A stretch of 60,517 nt of DNA. It comes from an uncultured virus (IMG/VR IMGVR_UViG_3300032038_000020) (Duplodnaviria; Heunggongvirae; Uroviricota; Caudoviricetes). Location: positions 62,001 to 122,517 of the IMG/VR virus record IMGVR_UViG_3300032038_000020; one strand, written 5' to 3'. The notes under the pieces were generated by a model, which saw only the letters and a program-made list of their open reading frames with translations, was not told the DNA's origin and did not search any database. The position numbers were made by a program, and so were the translations under genes. Shown here piece by piece: positions 1 through 9,996 of the stretch (position 1 is its first letter; every line of letters starts with the position of its first letter).

Positions 1-535
1 TCCAGTAGTTCTTCATAGTCTGCATTTGAGCTTCCTGAGCTTTTCTGATCTCTTCAGCCTGCTCATTGTTCATCTGCATTCCGCCAATACCCATACCCAT
101 GCCAAACATATTGTATCCCTGCTGAGCCTGAGAGATATAAGAACCTCCCAACGGATTATAAGTTGTGGCCGCAGCGTTTACTATTGGATTGGAATACGGC
201 ATGGATGTTGCTGTCTTCTGTGTCATACTGCTCTGCTGTCTTGCTATGTTCTGCCAGTTTGAGGCAGTAGAATCGCTTGATACACAAGACATTCCTTCGC
301 TTTCCTCTTCATTGTCGAACGAGAAGTTTGATTCATCATTCAACTCATTCAGACCATCTAAAGAGAAATCTACATCTTCTGTCGGCTTTGGTGAACCATA
401 CATCTCTTCTTCGATGTATGATTTGCTTGACTGTAGCAGTCTCGCTTTTCTTTCAGCTCTTCTCTTCTTTTCTTCATCTAACATAACTGAAGCTGTCGGT
501 GGAGCTGACTTTTCTTTAAGTTTGTTTAATGTCAC
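1..535 (-). CDS. hypothetical protein, runs off the window start (partial)
   Basis: Manual translation: GTG at 535 after AAAGGAA; frame open to position 1 (VTLNKLKEKS...MQTMKNYW). Absent from the ORF track because no stop lies in the window. Confidence 0.75.
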   Translation of the reverse strand, partial: MTLNKLKEKSAPPTASVMLDEEKKRRAERKARLLQSSKSYIEEEMYGSPKPTEDVDFSLDGLNELNDESNFSFDNEEESEGMSCVSSDSTASNWQNIARQQSSMTQKTATSMPYSNPIVNAAATTYNPLGGSYISQAQQGYNMFGMGMGIGGMQMNNEQAEEIRKAQEAQMQTMKNYW

Positions 536-709
536 ATTATCATTCCTTTCATGTATTTGTATGTCTGAATAGTAGTAAGGTTGTGCCATTGGCCATTTGG
601 CGCATCCCTAGTACACTCGCCACTATAATATATAACTTACACTTTGTTTGCGATAACTACTTAGTAACAAGCCTGGATGGGCATGATAAGAAAGTGAGTG
701 TGAATGCAC

Positions 710-1426
710 ATGGAAAAATTAAGAGATATGATGATGGACTCTCTCACCCCGTTTCATAAGAAGCGGTCTCGTTATGAGAAAGGTGGAAGAGGTATTCCGT
801 CAGTAACAGAGATCCTTGGTTACATAGATAATCAGGGTCTTATTGATTGGGCGAATGCCATTGGTCGAAAGGGCCAAAACAATAAAGACATAGCAGCGAA
901 GGCTGCTAGATATGGAACCGCTACTCACTCAGCTATAGAGAACTACCTTAAGGAAGGTTACGATACAGGGTTTCTTGATAACTCTTCATTCAAAGCTTTT
1001 CTTAAGTGGTGGAATGGAATCAATAGCTGTCACAAAGTGGTAGTATTAGGACAGGAAGAAGCTCTTATAACTGAGCTCTTTGCTGGCACATATGATCTGC
1101 TTATCTCTATAGATGGAAAGATCTATATGGTCGACTTCAAGACAAGCAATCATGTTAACTACAAATACTTCATGCAGTTGGCTGCCTACAGATATCTGAT
1201 ATACAGACTCAAAGGCATCAGCATTGATGGAGTAATTATTCTTCAGCTTGGTAAAGGTCCTAATGCAGGATTCACCGAGTTCCCTCTGGACTTCAACATT
1301 CCAGATCATTACAACTTCATAGAGAACTGTATGAATGCTTTCGTAGGAGCTCTCTACACATATCATAGTGCAGAGCCTCTGAAGGATCAGTTCAAAGACG
1401 TATTCTATGAGATCAACAAAAAATAA
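710..1426 (+). CDS. PD-(D/E)XK exonuclease (Cas4/RecB-like phage nuclease)
   Basis: PSVTEILG, GTATHSAIE, AGTYDLL...VDFKTS, QLAAY motifs. Confidence 0.85.
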   Translation: MEKLRDMMMDSLTPFHKKRSRYEKGGRGIPSVTEILGYIDNQGLIDWANAIGRKGQNNKDIAAKAARYGTATHSAIENYLKEGYDTGFLDNSSFKAFLKWWNGINSCHKVVVLGQEEALITELFAGTYDLLISIDGKIYMVDFKTSNHVNYKYFMQLAAYRYLIYRLKGISIDGVIILQLGKGPNAGFTEFPLDFNIPDHYNFIENCMNAFVGALYTYHSAEPLKDQFKDVFYEINKK

Positions 1427-1455
1427 GTAAGGGGAGTCAATCGACTCCCCTTATC
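1426..1455. terminator. bidirectional intrinsic terminator
   Basis: TAAGGGGAGTC-AATC-GACTCCCCTTA hairpin between convergent genes. Confidence 0.8.
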
Positions 1456-1456
1456 T

Positions 1457-2824
1457 TTATACCCATTCAGCATCAGAAATCATCTTGTTCTCGACAAGCA
1501 GCTTCTTAAGCTGACGTTTAATCTGACCATACGATCTAGTCTTTGTGGGATCATAGTCAATCCCAATCGCACAGCACATGGCCTGATATCTATCAGTGCA
1601 GTTTCTTTCGGCATCCTGATATGCATTATATGCTGCTGCGGCAAGATTGACATCATATATGACTTTCTCACTAGCTTTTTTGAGATGCTCAATCTCTTTC
1701 TTCATAGCTTCGATTGTAGCGATGTGTCTCTCATCTGCCGACTTGAAGTTGTCGGCAACTTGCTTAGATTTCTCGAGAGCTTCATTCTGAGTCTTAATGA
1801 TGCTCTCAAGCTTAGCAATTGTATCCTCGAGATCCTTGACTTTCTTGTCGTAATCTGCAGGGATGTTCTTCTGCTTCTCAAGAACCTGTTCTAGTTCCTC
1901 TCTCATCATAGCTTCTCCGCAAGCCTGATCTGAGAGTTTCTGGTTCTCTTCGGCAAGCTCGTTTCTCTCTCTACGGAATTCATTTCTTTCCTTTTCAAGC
2001 TCCATATACTGATCCTGAAGCTTGTGGAGTTCTGTGTTATCCTGATAGAGTTTGAACGCTTTTGGGTCTTGCTCATAGAGATAGCTTAAGATACGGTTTA
2101 TGTTGTATCCTCTCTCTACGTAGGTCATCTTGAAATCCTCAAGAAGAACCTGTTCCACAGCAGTTTGGTTCATTGTGACTGGAACTGATTCTACTGCTGA
2201 TATCGGAAAGGTTATGATCTGACCGTGATCCAGGTAAGATATAGCGTTTATATTCTTTGCCAGGATCTCTGGTGTGCTTGGAATCGCACTACGGCGATTT
2301 CCAGTGATTGACCCGATTATGCCAGGCTTACTACATAATGGTAAGCCTCTAGCCAGAGTACCATCACACCATACGACGAATATGGGACGATGAGATCCAG
2401 CTATGAGTTCGTTCTCGATGTCTTCTTTGTCATCAAAGACACCTGTTGTGATAACAACATCGCCTGGTTTGATCAGACATCTGTTGTACTGTTTCACCAT
2501 ATTCTTATTCAGGATAAGGTGAGGCTTGTTTCTTTTACCCATATCGGGTAACTGAACCCTCTTGGGTGTTTCTACCTCGAGAGTCTTTACTTCAGTTTTA
2601 TCTTCAACAACGGCGGGAACTGGTGGCTGTTCTATAACTACTGGTTCTATAATTGAAATCTCCGATTCAGTAGTTTCTTCAATCACTTTAGCAGCCTCTT
2701 CGTTCTTGTCAACGTCATTGAGAACTGTTGTTGACTCAACTGGAGTAGTTTCCCTAACACCAACTTTACTGGTTCCTATGTAGTTAGTGTTAGCTTTTTT
2801 GTTCTTCTTCTTTCTTGAATGCAT
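1457..2824 (-). CDS. hypothetical protein with PemK/MazF-like central domain and C-terminal coiled coil
   Basis: PGDVV...HRPIFVV...GLPLCS...SYLDHGQIITF pattern; E/K/Q-rich heptads in the C-terminal half; AGGAGG RBS. Confidence 0.5.
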   Translation of the reverse strand: MHSRKKKNKKANTNYIGTSKVGVRETTPVESTTVLNDVDKNEEAAKVIEETTESEISIIEPVVIEQPPVPAVVEDKTEVKTLEVETPKRVQLPDMGKRNKPHLILNKNMVKQYNRCLIKPGDVVITTGVFDDKEDIENELIAGSHRPIFVVWCDGTLARGLPLCSKPGIIGSITGNRRSAIPSTPEILAKNINAISYLDHGQIITFPISAVESVPVTMNQTAVEQVLLEDFKMTYVERGYNINRILSYLYEQDPKAFKLYQDNTELHKLQDQYMELEKERNEFRRERNELAEENQKLSDQACGEAMMREELEQVLEKQKNIPADYDKKVKDLEDTIAKLESIIKTQNEALEKSKQVADNFKSADERHIATIEAMKKEIEHLKKASEKVIYDVNLAAAAYNAYQDAERNCTDRYQAMCCAIGIDYDPTKTRSYGQIKRQLKKLLVENKMISDAEWV

Positions 2825-2940
2825 AAAGCAATCCTCCTTTTAAGTAATTAGCATAGTCATCCATGCTTACTATAATAGTATATAACCATAGATACTTACC
2901 AAGGCCAGAACTTCTAAGTAATCAGAAAAGGAGGAATCGT

Positions 2941-4077
2941 ATGTTTTACAGTAACCCAAACGCTACCAGACCTACTCTGGTAGAGATACATACAGCAGAT
3001 ATTCACTTTGGAGCAATGGATCCAAAGGTTCAATATGATCTCTTAACTAAAGGGATTCTCGACAAGCTTCAGAATATACAGTTCGATCTGTTCTGTATCA
3101 ACGGAGACTTGTTTCATCATAAGTTCATGAGTAACTCGGATGCGGTATTATATGCATCCATGTTTGTAGACAATATCGTACAGCTCTGTAAGAGAAATAG
3201 AGCTGCTCTGATCTTACTTCATGGTACTGCGTCTCATGATGCTAACCAGTTAAAACTATTCTATCACTACCTCGCAGATACTACACTCGAGATGTACATA
3301 ATAGAAACAGCTACATTCGTTTCAACACACGGTAAGAAGATACTCTGTCTCCCAGAGGAATACAATAAGGGTAGAGATTACTATCTAAACCTCTTGGAGT
3401 GGAGCGGTTCATACGATAGTGTATGTATGCACGGAAATCTTAAGGGTGCTATCTTCGGTTGCGACAAAGAAGATCTCGACACAACAAAGAACCCTACATT
3501 CGATATCAACTCATTCCAGTTCTGTAAGGGTCCTATCATTGCAGGACATGTACATGTGTCTGGCTGTTACCAAAGTCATATGTACTATTCAGGAAGTCCT
3601 CTTAGATGGCAGTTCGGAGAAGAAGAAACTAAGGGCTTCTTGATAGTTATACACGACCTCGACTCTACTTACTATACAGTGCAAATGGAAGAAGTTGTGT
3701 CGTTCAAGTACAATACTATCAATCTGGATGAGATGGTTAACTATGATCCTAAGGATGTAATCAAGTATCTAACGGACCTGAAAGCTACTGGTGTAGACTA
3801 TATCAAAGTCAAGTTCACTAAGGGTGGTCCAACTGTAGATGCTCTTAAGGTATACTACAAGATGAACAATGAGATTACTATAGATGCTTCGGATGTTCAA
3901 TTCCAAGAGACTATAAGAGAGAACCAAAAGGTGAGCGAAGAGTATGCTAAGTATTCATATATCTCCGACAAGAATCTTACTCCTAATGATATCATAGTAC
4001 GATACATCAATGATGAGAAAGGTTGTGAATTCATCACTGTAGATGAGCTCGTCAAGTTACTCAGTTCAATCGATTAA
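2941..4077 (+). CDS. sbcD: SbcD/Mre11-like metallophosphoesterase nuclease
   Basis: ADIHFG, NGDLFH, HGTASHD, AGHVH, YSGSP motifs; start reassigned to ATG 2941 after AGGAGG. Confidence 0.85.
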   Translation: MFYSNPNATRPTLVEIHTADIHFGAMDPKVQYDLLTKGILDKLQNIQFDLFCINGDLFHHKFMSNSDAVLYASMFVDNIVQLCKRNRAALILLHGTASHDANQLKLFYHYLADTTLEMYIIETATFVSTHGKKILCLPEEYNKGRDYYLNLLEWSGSYDSVCMHGNLKGAIFGCDKEDLDTTKNPTFDINSFQFCKGPIIAGHVHVSGCYQSHMYYSGSPLRWQFGEEETKGFLIVIHDLDSTYYTVQMEEVVSFKYNTINLDEMVNYDPKDVIKYLTDLKATGVDYIKVKFTKGGPTVDALKVYYKMNNEITIDASDVQFQETIRENQKVSEEYAKYSYISDKNLTPNDIIVRYINDEKGCEFITVDELVKLLSSID

Positions 4078-4197
4078 GGGGAGTTTATCTCCCCTTCATA
4101 ACCTGAATCAGATATATACTATCCATGAGTATAAAACTATCATCTTAGAAACATACAAGTAATCATATGAATCCTAAATTGGAGGAGGCATACACAT

Positions 4198-6291
4198 ATG
4201 CGAGTTAGAACCGCAGGTAAAACAATCGAACCAATGGCCTCTGAGGTGAAGATACCTCAGAGACTTTCAATAACACTTTTGGATATAATCTGTTCTTATA
4301 TGATAACAGATAACAAAAACATTCGTCGTAAGGGATATACAAATATCCTCATGGCGATGAACACATTAGACCTTAGCATCTATACAGATGATGCATACTT
4401 ATTACGTTTCGACTTCATTAAGACTGCTCTTAAGGCAAGAGTCGATAACGGCTTAACCAATCAGGCTCTCGTAATGGACTATATAGAAAACAATCTTGGA
4501 GATCTCTATAAGGAGATTGAACTTAGAGAGCTCAATAATAAAGAGATAGACTACATCAATCAGACAATCTCAAACATGCTTGACAATGTAGTCTTCGCAC
4601 GTAATATAATGTCCTTTGAGTCTATAGCTCAGAGGTTTAAAGAAGCTAGTCCTAACCAGAAACCGTCTATAGTTAAAGAGTGGAAAGGACTTGTTGATGA
4701 AAGTAAGAATGCCATTCGTCAGCATCGTATAGAGAAGACTGACGAACAGATGTATTCACTGCAAGAGGGTGTATTCGAAGATTACGTAATGTACACTCAC
4801 GCAGATTTATCTAGCCCGTGTAACAAACTTGCCACAGGTATGATTGGATTCAATGTCCTTTTAGGGGGTGGATTCCAGTCTGATAGAATATATGGTATCT
4901 TTGGACTGCAGGGTGAAGGTAAGTCATCAACTTTAGTTAACTTAGCATATCAGATCAAGATGTATAACAGAGGGTATAAGTGTAAAGACCCGACGAAGAC
5001 ACCTTGTGTAGTATATTTGACAATGGAAGATCATCCTAAGGAGACTCTGTCACGTCAGTTCTCGATGGTAACAGAACAGGGTAGTCTTATCGATCATGAC
5101 GTTAATGAGTCAATTCAGCTTATGAGACAGGGTGGTCTCGAGGTAACTCCAGATAACCCGATTGATATCATAGTCAAATATAAACCTAATGAGTCTGTAG
5201 ACACATCATATATCTATGACTTAGTAGACGATCTTGAAGAGATGGGATATGAAGTTATCTGCGTGATACTTGACTATCTCAACAGAATTCGTTCAGTCAA
5301 TAAATTTAGTGCGTCCGAAGAAAGACTCAGACTTGGTGCTGTTGTAAATGAGCTTAAGACTATAGGAACAGAACTCCACATCCCAGTCATTACAGCAGCT
5401 CAGTTCAATAGAAGTGCTAATAAGAATATAGACGAAGCTAGAGAAAGCGGAACAGACGATCTTGTCAATCTTCTCGGAAGAGATAATATAGCTGAGTCTA
5501 TGAAGATACTTGACAACCTCGATGCGGCATTCATGATAGTGCCAGAGTTCGATATCAATCATCATAAGTATCTCGGTATCAAGTTAGCAAAGAACAGATA
5601 CCAGGTTGATTTAGAGTCTCCTCTTATCAATACTAAGAAGAGATGTATTCATCATCCATACACAAACAACTTCTCTATGCGTCTTGCAGAAGATGTATTA
5701 TCAGGAGTGCCAGTTCATAAGAAGACACTCGTAGAGATGCAGATGTGTGATGAAGAAGGCATTGTAGTAGACGACAATGCTATCATTCCAGATAACAGCA
5801 ATAGATTCAACTCTGCTGTTACAGAGTCTACAAAGAAGAATCTCCTCAAAGAAGCAGGTATCAAGGATACAAGTAAGACTACAGTAGTAGGTAATACTGT
5901 CGTACCTAATCTTGATAATATGACTGAGGAAGAGAAAACGAAGTACAAGAAGAAAACGTCAAAGAGTAAGAGTGCAACTAAGTGCACTCTCACACCTGAT
6001 AGATATTCGTTCTTGTATACATTGACTCAAGACCCATTGGGATCTATCAATCAGAGATTTGTAGATGACTTCAACAAAGAGTTTAATACAAACTATGGTG
6101 TCGATATGTTCCCATACATAGCTAGTACTAGAGAAATCAACCGTCTTAGAAAGGTGGAAGGTTCTCAGTATGAAGATATGAAATGCAAGAAGGGTGAACT
6201 ATATACACCTCTCTTCAGGGTAGTAGAACAGAGAAATCTGTTTGAGATATTGACTCCACAAGAGTATGCGGCTTCACGTTGCAGAAGCTGA
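4198..6291 (+). CDS. dnaB: DnaB-like replicative helicase
   Basis: Walker A GLQGEGKSS, YLTME, ILDYL, PVITAAQFNR, AKNRY. Confidence 0.88.
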   Translation: MRVRTAGKTIEPMASEVKIPQRLSITLLDIICSYMITDNKNIRRKGYTNILMAMNTLDLSIYTDDAYLLRFDFIKTALKARVDNGLTNQALVMDYIENNLGDLYKEIELRELNNKEIDYINQTISNMLDNVVFARNIMSFESIAQRFKEASPNQKPSIVKEWKGLVDESKNAIRQHRIEKTDEQMYSLQEGVFEDYVMYTHADLSSPCNKLATGMIGFNVLLGGGFQSDRIYGIFGLQGEGKSSTLVNLAYQIKMYNRGYKCKDPTKTPCVVYLTMEDHPKETLSRQFSMVTEQGSLIDHDVNESIQLMRQGGLEVTPDNPIDIIVKYKPNESVDTSYIYDLVDDLEEMGYEVICVILDYLNRIRSVNKFSASEERLRLGAVVNELKTIGTELHIPVITAAQFNRSANKNIDEARESGTDDLVNLLGRDNIAESMKILDNLDAAFMIVPEFDINHHKYLGIKLAKNRYQVDLESPLINTKKRCIHHPYTNNFSMRLAEDVLSGVPVHKKTLVEMQMCDEEGIVVDDNAIIPDNSNRFNSAVTESTKKNLLKEAGIKDTSKTTVVGNTVVPNLDNMTEEEKTKYKKKTSKSKSATKCTLTPDRYSFLYTLTQDPLGSINQRFVDDFNKEFNTNYGVDMFPYIASTREINRLRKVEGSQYEDMKCKKGELYTPLFRVVEQRNLFEILTPQEYAASRCRS

Positions 6292-6738
6292 TTGATTGTA
6301 TGAGTCAATGAATGACTTCTCGGAGCCATTGATACTACTAAGGGCTTGAGACATTTGAGACTTTGAGATAAGACGAACTTCACGGAAGTTGAAGTCTTTG
6401 ACAGACCAAATGTCATTGAGCCATAGTATAATGTAATAGAGCTCTCCGTTTCCATAGAGGAAATCGGCTAAGAGCTTAGGTCTAAAACGATATCTGAGGT
6501 ACTCTTGCTCAGATAACGTGACCTTGGTAGACATATCTTTCAGATCCTGTATATAGTCTGACATGACATTGTATACATCGAACTCGATGTGATGTGCTGT
6601 ATCGGGCTCTAACAGAGAAAGATAGTAGTATGACAACTGACCAGACGGCTTAGCATTAACGAAGTCGTCTAAAGTACAAGTTCTTGAAGGAACTTGCTGT
6701 GCGGAATTGACGTAGGTAGATGAGTTATTGTACTTCAT
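6274..6738 (-). CDS. baseplate wedge protein (T4 gp53/LysM-like)
   Basis: RPKLLADFLYGNGELYYIILWLND resembles the gp53/LysM-like pattern. Confidence 0.65.
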   Translation of the reverse strand: MKYNNSSTYVNSAQQVPSRTCTLDDFVNAKPSGQLSYYYLSLLEPDTAHHIEFDVYNVMSDYIQDLKDMSTKVTLSEQEYLRYRFRPKLLADFLYGNGELYYIILWLNDIWSVKDFNFREVRLISKSQMSQALSSINGSEKSFIDSYNQSASAT

Positions 6739-7082
6739 TCGTAACACCTCCCGATGATCTGTACGTTGTTTATATTACCGCCTACAAAAGCAACTAAGAA
6801 CTTAGTGCCTTTAGGGATGAACTTGTCTTCATAGGCGAGCATAATCTCTCTAGGTATCTTAAGGTCTAGTGTTATCTCACTAGACATCTTGCTAGTGGAT
6901 AACCAGGTAAGGTCTTTATTCATAATATAAGATCTATTAACTACTACAGTTCTTCCAACCTCTGTTTCAAAAGGCACCAATGCCTTGATATAGAATGGAT
7001 GTTTAACTGTAGGGTTTTCATACTTGTTTACTTCTTCGTACAGGATAGCTTCTTGTACGTAGTTGTACTTCGAGTATTCCAT
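6735..7082 (-). CDS. putative baseplate hub/spike OB-fold protein
   Basis: C-terminal PKGTKFLVAFVGGNINNVQIIG resembles the gp5/gpV OB motif PxxGxxVxVxFxxGD; adjacent to gp53-like gene. Confidence 0.45.
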   Translation of the reverse strand: MEYSKYNYVQEAILYEEVNKYENPTVKHPFYIKALVPFETEVGRTVVVNRSYIMNKDLTWLSTSKMSSEITLDLKIPREIMLAYEDKFIPKGTKFLVAFVGGNINNVQIIGRCYE

Positions 7083-7142
7083 TCAATCACCTCCAGGATA
7101 ACTTATTAGATGGTTCTGGAGACACAATAAGGAGGAACCTAT

Positions 7143-7790
7143 ATGGCTATGCTTTATACACTTGATTATTCTCCATTTAAGAAGCTTACACCAAGTCAGT
7201 ATAAAAAGGGTATACCGAGTCTGGACAGTTATACTGGTATAGAAGGACTGTTACAGTCGGTAAGACCAAAAGATCGTGAAGCTATCAGAACAGTACTCAC
7301 ATATGATCCATCGATCATATTCATGGATATCATGTACTATGCTGGTATTGGAACCAGTAATGGTATCGTCGTAGATAATGATACTATGAGACCATTACCT
7401 TACAATGGAAACAAGCTCATGAGATATCCTGCTGTTATCGGCGGATGCGGAAACATGAACATAGTCAACTTCGATCCTATCTTCAACCTTAAGATGATGG
7501 AGATAGTCTTCACTGTGTATATCACTAAGATATCTGCAGAGAGAAACATAAGCATCAAGTCATTCTATATATACGGACGTCAGAACCAACTTAAATCTGG
7601 TGAGTTGTGTTTAGACGACTATAAGGGAACTAAACTAGTTTCGGATCAATTCATGACTGATACTGTATGCTATATCAATCTGATGATGCAGATTGAGGGT
7701 GTAGACAGAGAAACAGCATACAATCAGTGTGCGGCTCTTGACAACTACATCGTTTGCTCAAAGAAGATGAAAGGACGTCATTATGAATGA
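7143..7790 (+). CDS. hypothetical protein
   Basis: 215 aa ORF, AGGAGG RBS. Confidence 0.8.
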   Translation: MAMLYTLDYSPFKKLTPSQYKKGIPSLDSYTGIEGLLQSVRPKDREAIRTVLTYDPSIIFMDIMYYAGIGTSNGIVVDNDTMRPLPYNGNKLMRYPAVIGGCGNMNIVNFDPIFNLKMMEIVFTVYITKISAERNISIKSFYIYGRQNQLKSGELCLDDYKGTKLVSDQFMTDTVCYINLMMQIEGVDRETAYNQCAALDNYIVCSKKMKGRHYE

Positions 7791-8991
7791 TTATGGATCA
7801 CTGAACACTAATCAGCGTAGAGTGTTCGACGCAGCTATGGAATGGTGGAAAGGTGCTCGATCTGAACCGTTCGAGATCTCTGGACCACCAGGCTCTGGCA
7901 AGACATATCTGATAAACACTATAGTCGATTACCTCGGTATAGCTAGAGAAAAAATAGCTCCACTCGCATACACTGGAGCGGCCGCAATCAATATGAGAGT
8001 TCATGGAATGGAGAACGCTAAAACTGCTCATTCATGGCTCTATCTTCCAGTAATGCAACAGCTAGTCGACGAAAATGGTAAACCTATCATAGATCCAAGA
8101 ACTGGTAAGCAAAAAGTGGTGATAAAATACGTCGAAAGAGAATCACTACCAGGTATAGATCTCTTGATAATAGATGAGGGTGGCACTATACCACCCAACA
8201 TGAGAGCTACTATAGAGAAACATCATATACCAACCATAGTAGCAGGAGATATAGATCAATTGCCACCAGTACATGGTAAGCCTGCGTATCTGAATGATCC
8301 CCGCAAGATTCACTTCCTAACGGAGATCATGAGACAGGCTCAGGATAGTGGTATAGTCTATATCTCTCAAATGGTAAAAGATGGAAGACAACCGCATTGT
8401 GGACTCTGGAAAGATGCGCTTGTCATCCATCGAAATCAGCTAACCTTAGATATGCTCTTAAGGTCAAAGATTATACTATGTGGCAGAAACGTCACTAGAG
8501 ACTATTATAATGACTTCATGAGAGCTACCTATGGTTTTGCAGGACAGCTACCAATGTATGGTGAGAGGGTAGTATGTCGTAAGAACAACTGGAATGTCGT
8601 CACTCCAGATGGAATCAATCTCACCAATGGTCTTTTAGGTATGTGTATAAATGACCCAAAGTATACATATGATAGAAAGCATGATTCTTTCGTCTTAGAC
8701 TTTGCACCAGATATGAGTACTGGTGTAACGTCTAATGTATTCCACGGTCTCGACTGTTCATACACATACTTCACATCGGATGCTAAAGTCCGTGAGAAAC
8801 TACGAAACGATCCCGAAATAAAGACTGAAAGATTTGAGTTTGGATATGCCATTACTACCCACATGTCACAAGGCTCTGAGTACGACAATGGTATATACAT
8901 AGAAGAATCACTCAACAAGAGCATAGATCACAAACTTAACTACGTTGGAGTTACACGCTTCAGAAAGTTTTGTATCTATGTAAAAGAGTGA
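7783..8991 (+). CDS. Dda/RecD-like SF1B helicase
   Basis: GPPGSGKT, IIDE, GDIDQLPPV, LTEIMRQ, YAITTHMSQGSEY, YVGVTR. Confidence 0.9.
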   Translation: MNDYGSLNTNQRRVFDAAMEWWKGARSEPFEISGPPGSGKTYLINTIVDYLGIAREKIAPLAYTGAAAINMRVHGMENAKTAHSWLYLPVMQQLVDENGKPIIDPRTGKQKVVIKYVERESLPGIDLLIIDEGGTIPPNMRATIEKHHIPTIVAGDIDQLPPVHGKPAYLNDPRKIHFLTEIMRQAQDSGIVYISQMVKDGRQPHCGLWKDALVIHRNQLTLDMLLRSKIILCGRNVTRDYYNDFMRATYGFAGQLPMYGERVVCRKNNWNVVTPDGINLTNGLLGMCINDPKYTYDRKHDSFVLDFAPDMSTGVTSNVFHGLDCSYTYFTSDAKVREKLRNDPEIKTERFEFGYAITTHMSQGSEYDNGIYIEESLNKSIDHKLNYVGVTRFRKFCIYVKE

Positions 8992-9013
8992 TGTATTCTT
9001 CTAACAAACTCAC

Positions 9014-9025
9014 AACAATATAGTA
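9014..9025 (+). promoter_or_regulatory. late-type promoter motif AACH-N6-TA (representative; about 18 copies)
   Basis: Plus copies at 655, 2909, 4150, 9014, 10775, 12572, 23711, 29546, 34224, 49965, 50781, 51151, 54409; minus copies starting at 7115, 22214, 23622, 25740, 28288; all just upstream of genes or RNAs. Confidence 0.75.
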
Positions 9026-9143
9026 TGGCGGTGCAGCTATGCACTATTAGACTCTCACAGCAGTTCTCTATGTTAAAATGGACAGTTATGAGTCTAGACG
9101 AGCGATTCTTTAAGAGTTGAATCTTAAGCAGTTACCGCCACCA
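9025..9143 (+). ncRNA. candidate tRNA-like structured RNA ending in CCA
   Basis: 5' GGCGGUG pairs with 3' UACCGCC followed by ACCA; internal stems UAGACUC/GAGUCUA and GAUUC/GAAUC; AACA-N6-TA motif at 9014 and hairpin downstream. Confidence 0.55.
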
Positions 9144-9147
9144 CCTT

Positions 9148-9173
9148 TCCGTAGTGGAAATGTCCACTACGGA
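9148..9173 (+). terminator. stem-loop (terminator or processing hairpin)
   Basis: TCCGTAGTGGA-AATG-TCCACTACGGA perfect inverted repeat. Confidence 0.6.
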
Positions 9174-9257
9174 TAAGTTGTCTTAAAACAACTTTTGGCT
9201 ACATATCATACCTTTGAGTCAAGAACAATACTAAGACTCAGAAAGGAAATCGAAACA

Positions 9258-9974
9258 ATGAGCGATAACATTGTAAACCCCTTTGGTATTGTGAATCCTG
9301 TATCTGGTGAAGTAACCGAACAGGAAGTTAATCCTACCAAAGAGGATCTCAAACTTATCAAAGAAAAGGAAAAGAGACTGGCAGAAGAGGCTAAGAAGAA
9401 CCTCAAGACAGTCAAAGTTGCAGATGGTACAGCAACAACTAAGAGACCTGCTAAGAATAAGAGAGCTCCACAGGCTCCAGTAGTAGCAGGTAAACCACAA
9501 CAGCAGAATGTTCCTCAGAAGCCTAAGCAGATACAGTCTGTAAAAGAGTATCTTGTGTGCTTTGTATTTGAGGGACAGGATATGACTGAACCAGACTGGA
9601 CACGTTCCAGATGGATAACTGCAGAAGGAAGAGGTTTATGCTTTGCTAAGACAGTAAGCATGATTCATGATATAACCTCTGAAAATGAAGACTTCTATGA
9701 TCCTATCGATTATGAGGAGTCATTCGTGTTATGCACGGGAGTCAAGTATGAAGAGAAGGTTCCGCTCCTTCAGTTCATCAGACTCTGCATCGAGAAAGAA
9801 GCCAAAGCAATAGACAAGTATATGCTTGACTATATGCAGGCAGTCCTCAAGTCATACGAAACTGGTTCGTTTGAACCTATTGACGAATGGGTCAAGGTTA
9901 ACAATGATACACCTTGTACTCCACAGGTTCAGCAGACCATGTATACATCACTTGAGGGTGAAGATATAAACTAA
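9258..9974 (+). CDS. hypothetical protein
   Basis: Start reassigned to ATG 9258 after GAAAGGA. Confidence 0.8.
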   Translation: MSDNIVNPFGIVNPVSGEVTEQEVNPTKEDLKLIKEKEKRLAEEAKKNLKTVKVADGTATTKRPAKNKRAPQAPVVAGKPQQQNVPQKPKQIQSVKEYLVCFVFEGQDMTEPDWTRSRWITAEGRGLCFAKTVSMIHDITSENEDFYDPIDYEESFVLCTGVKYEEKVPLLQFIRLCIEKEAKAIDKYMLDYMQAVLKSYETGSFEPIDEWVKVNNDTPCTPQVQQTMYTSLEGEDIN

Positions 9975-9996
9975 ACTAGCCAAGGAGGACACTAAT

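Noticed and set aside
710..1426. Cas4-like nuclease as evidence of CRISPR-Cas
   Set aside because: No Fe-S cysteine cluster, no other cas genes and no repeat-spacer array in the window; standalone PD-(D/E)XK nucleases are common in phages
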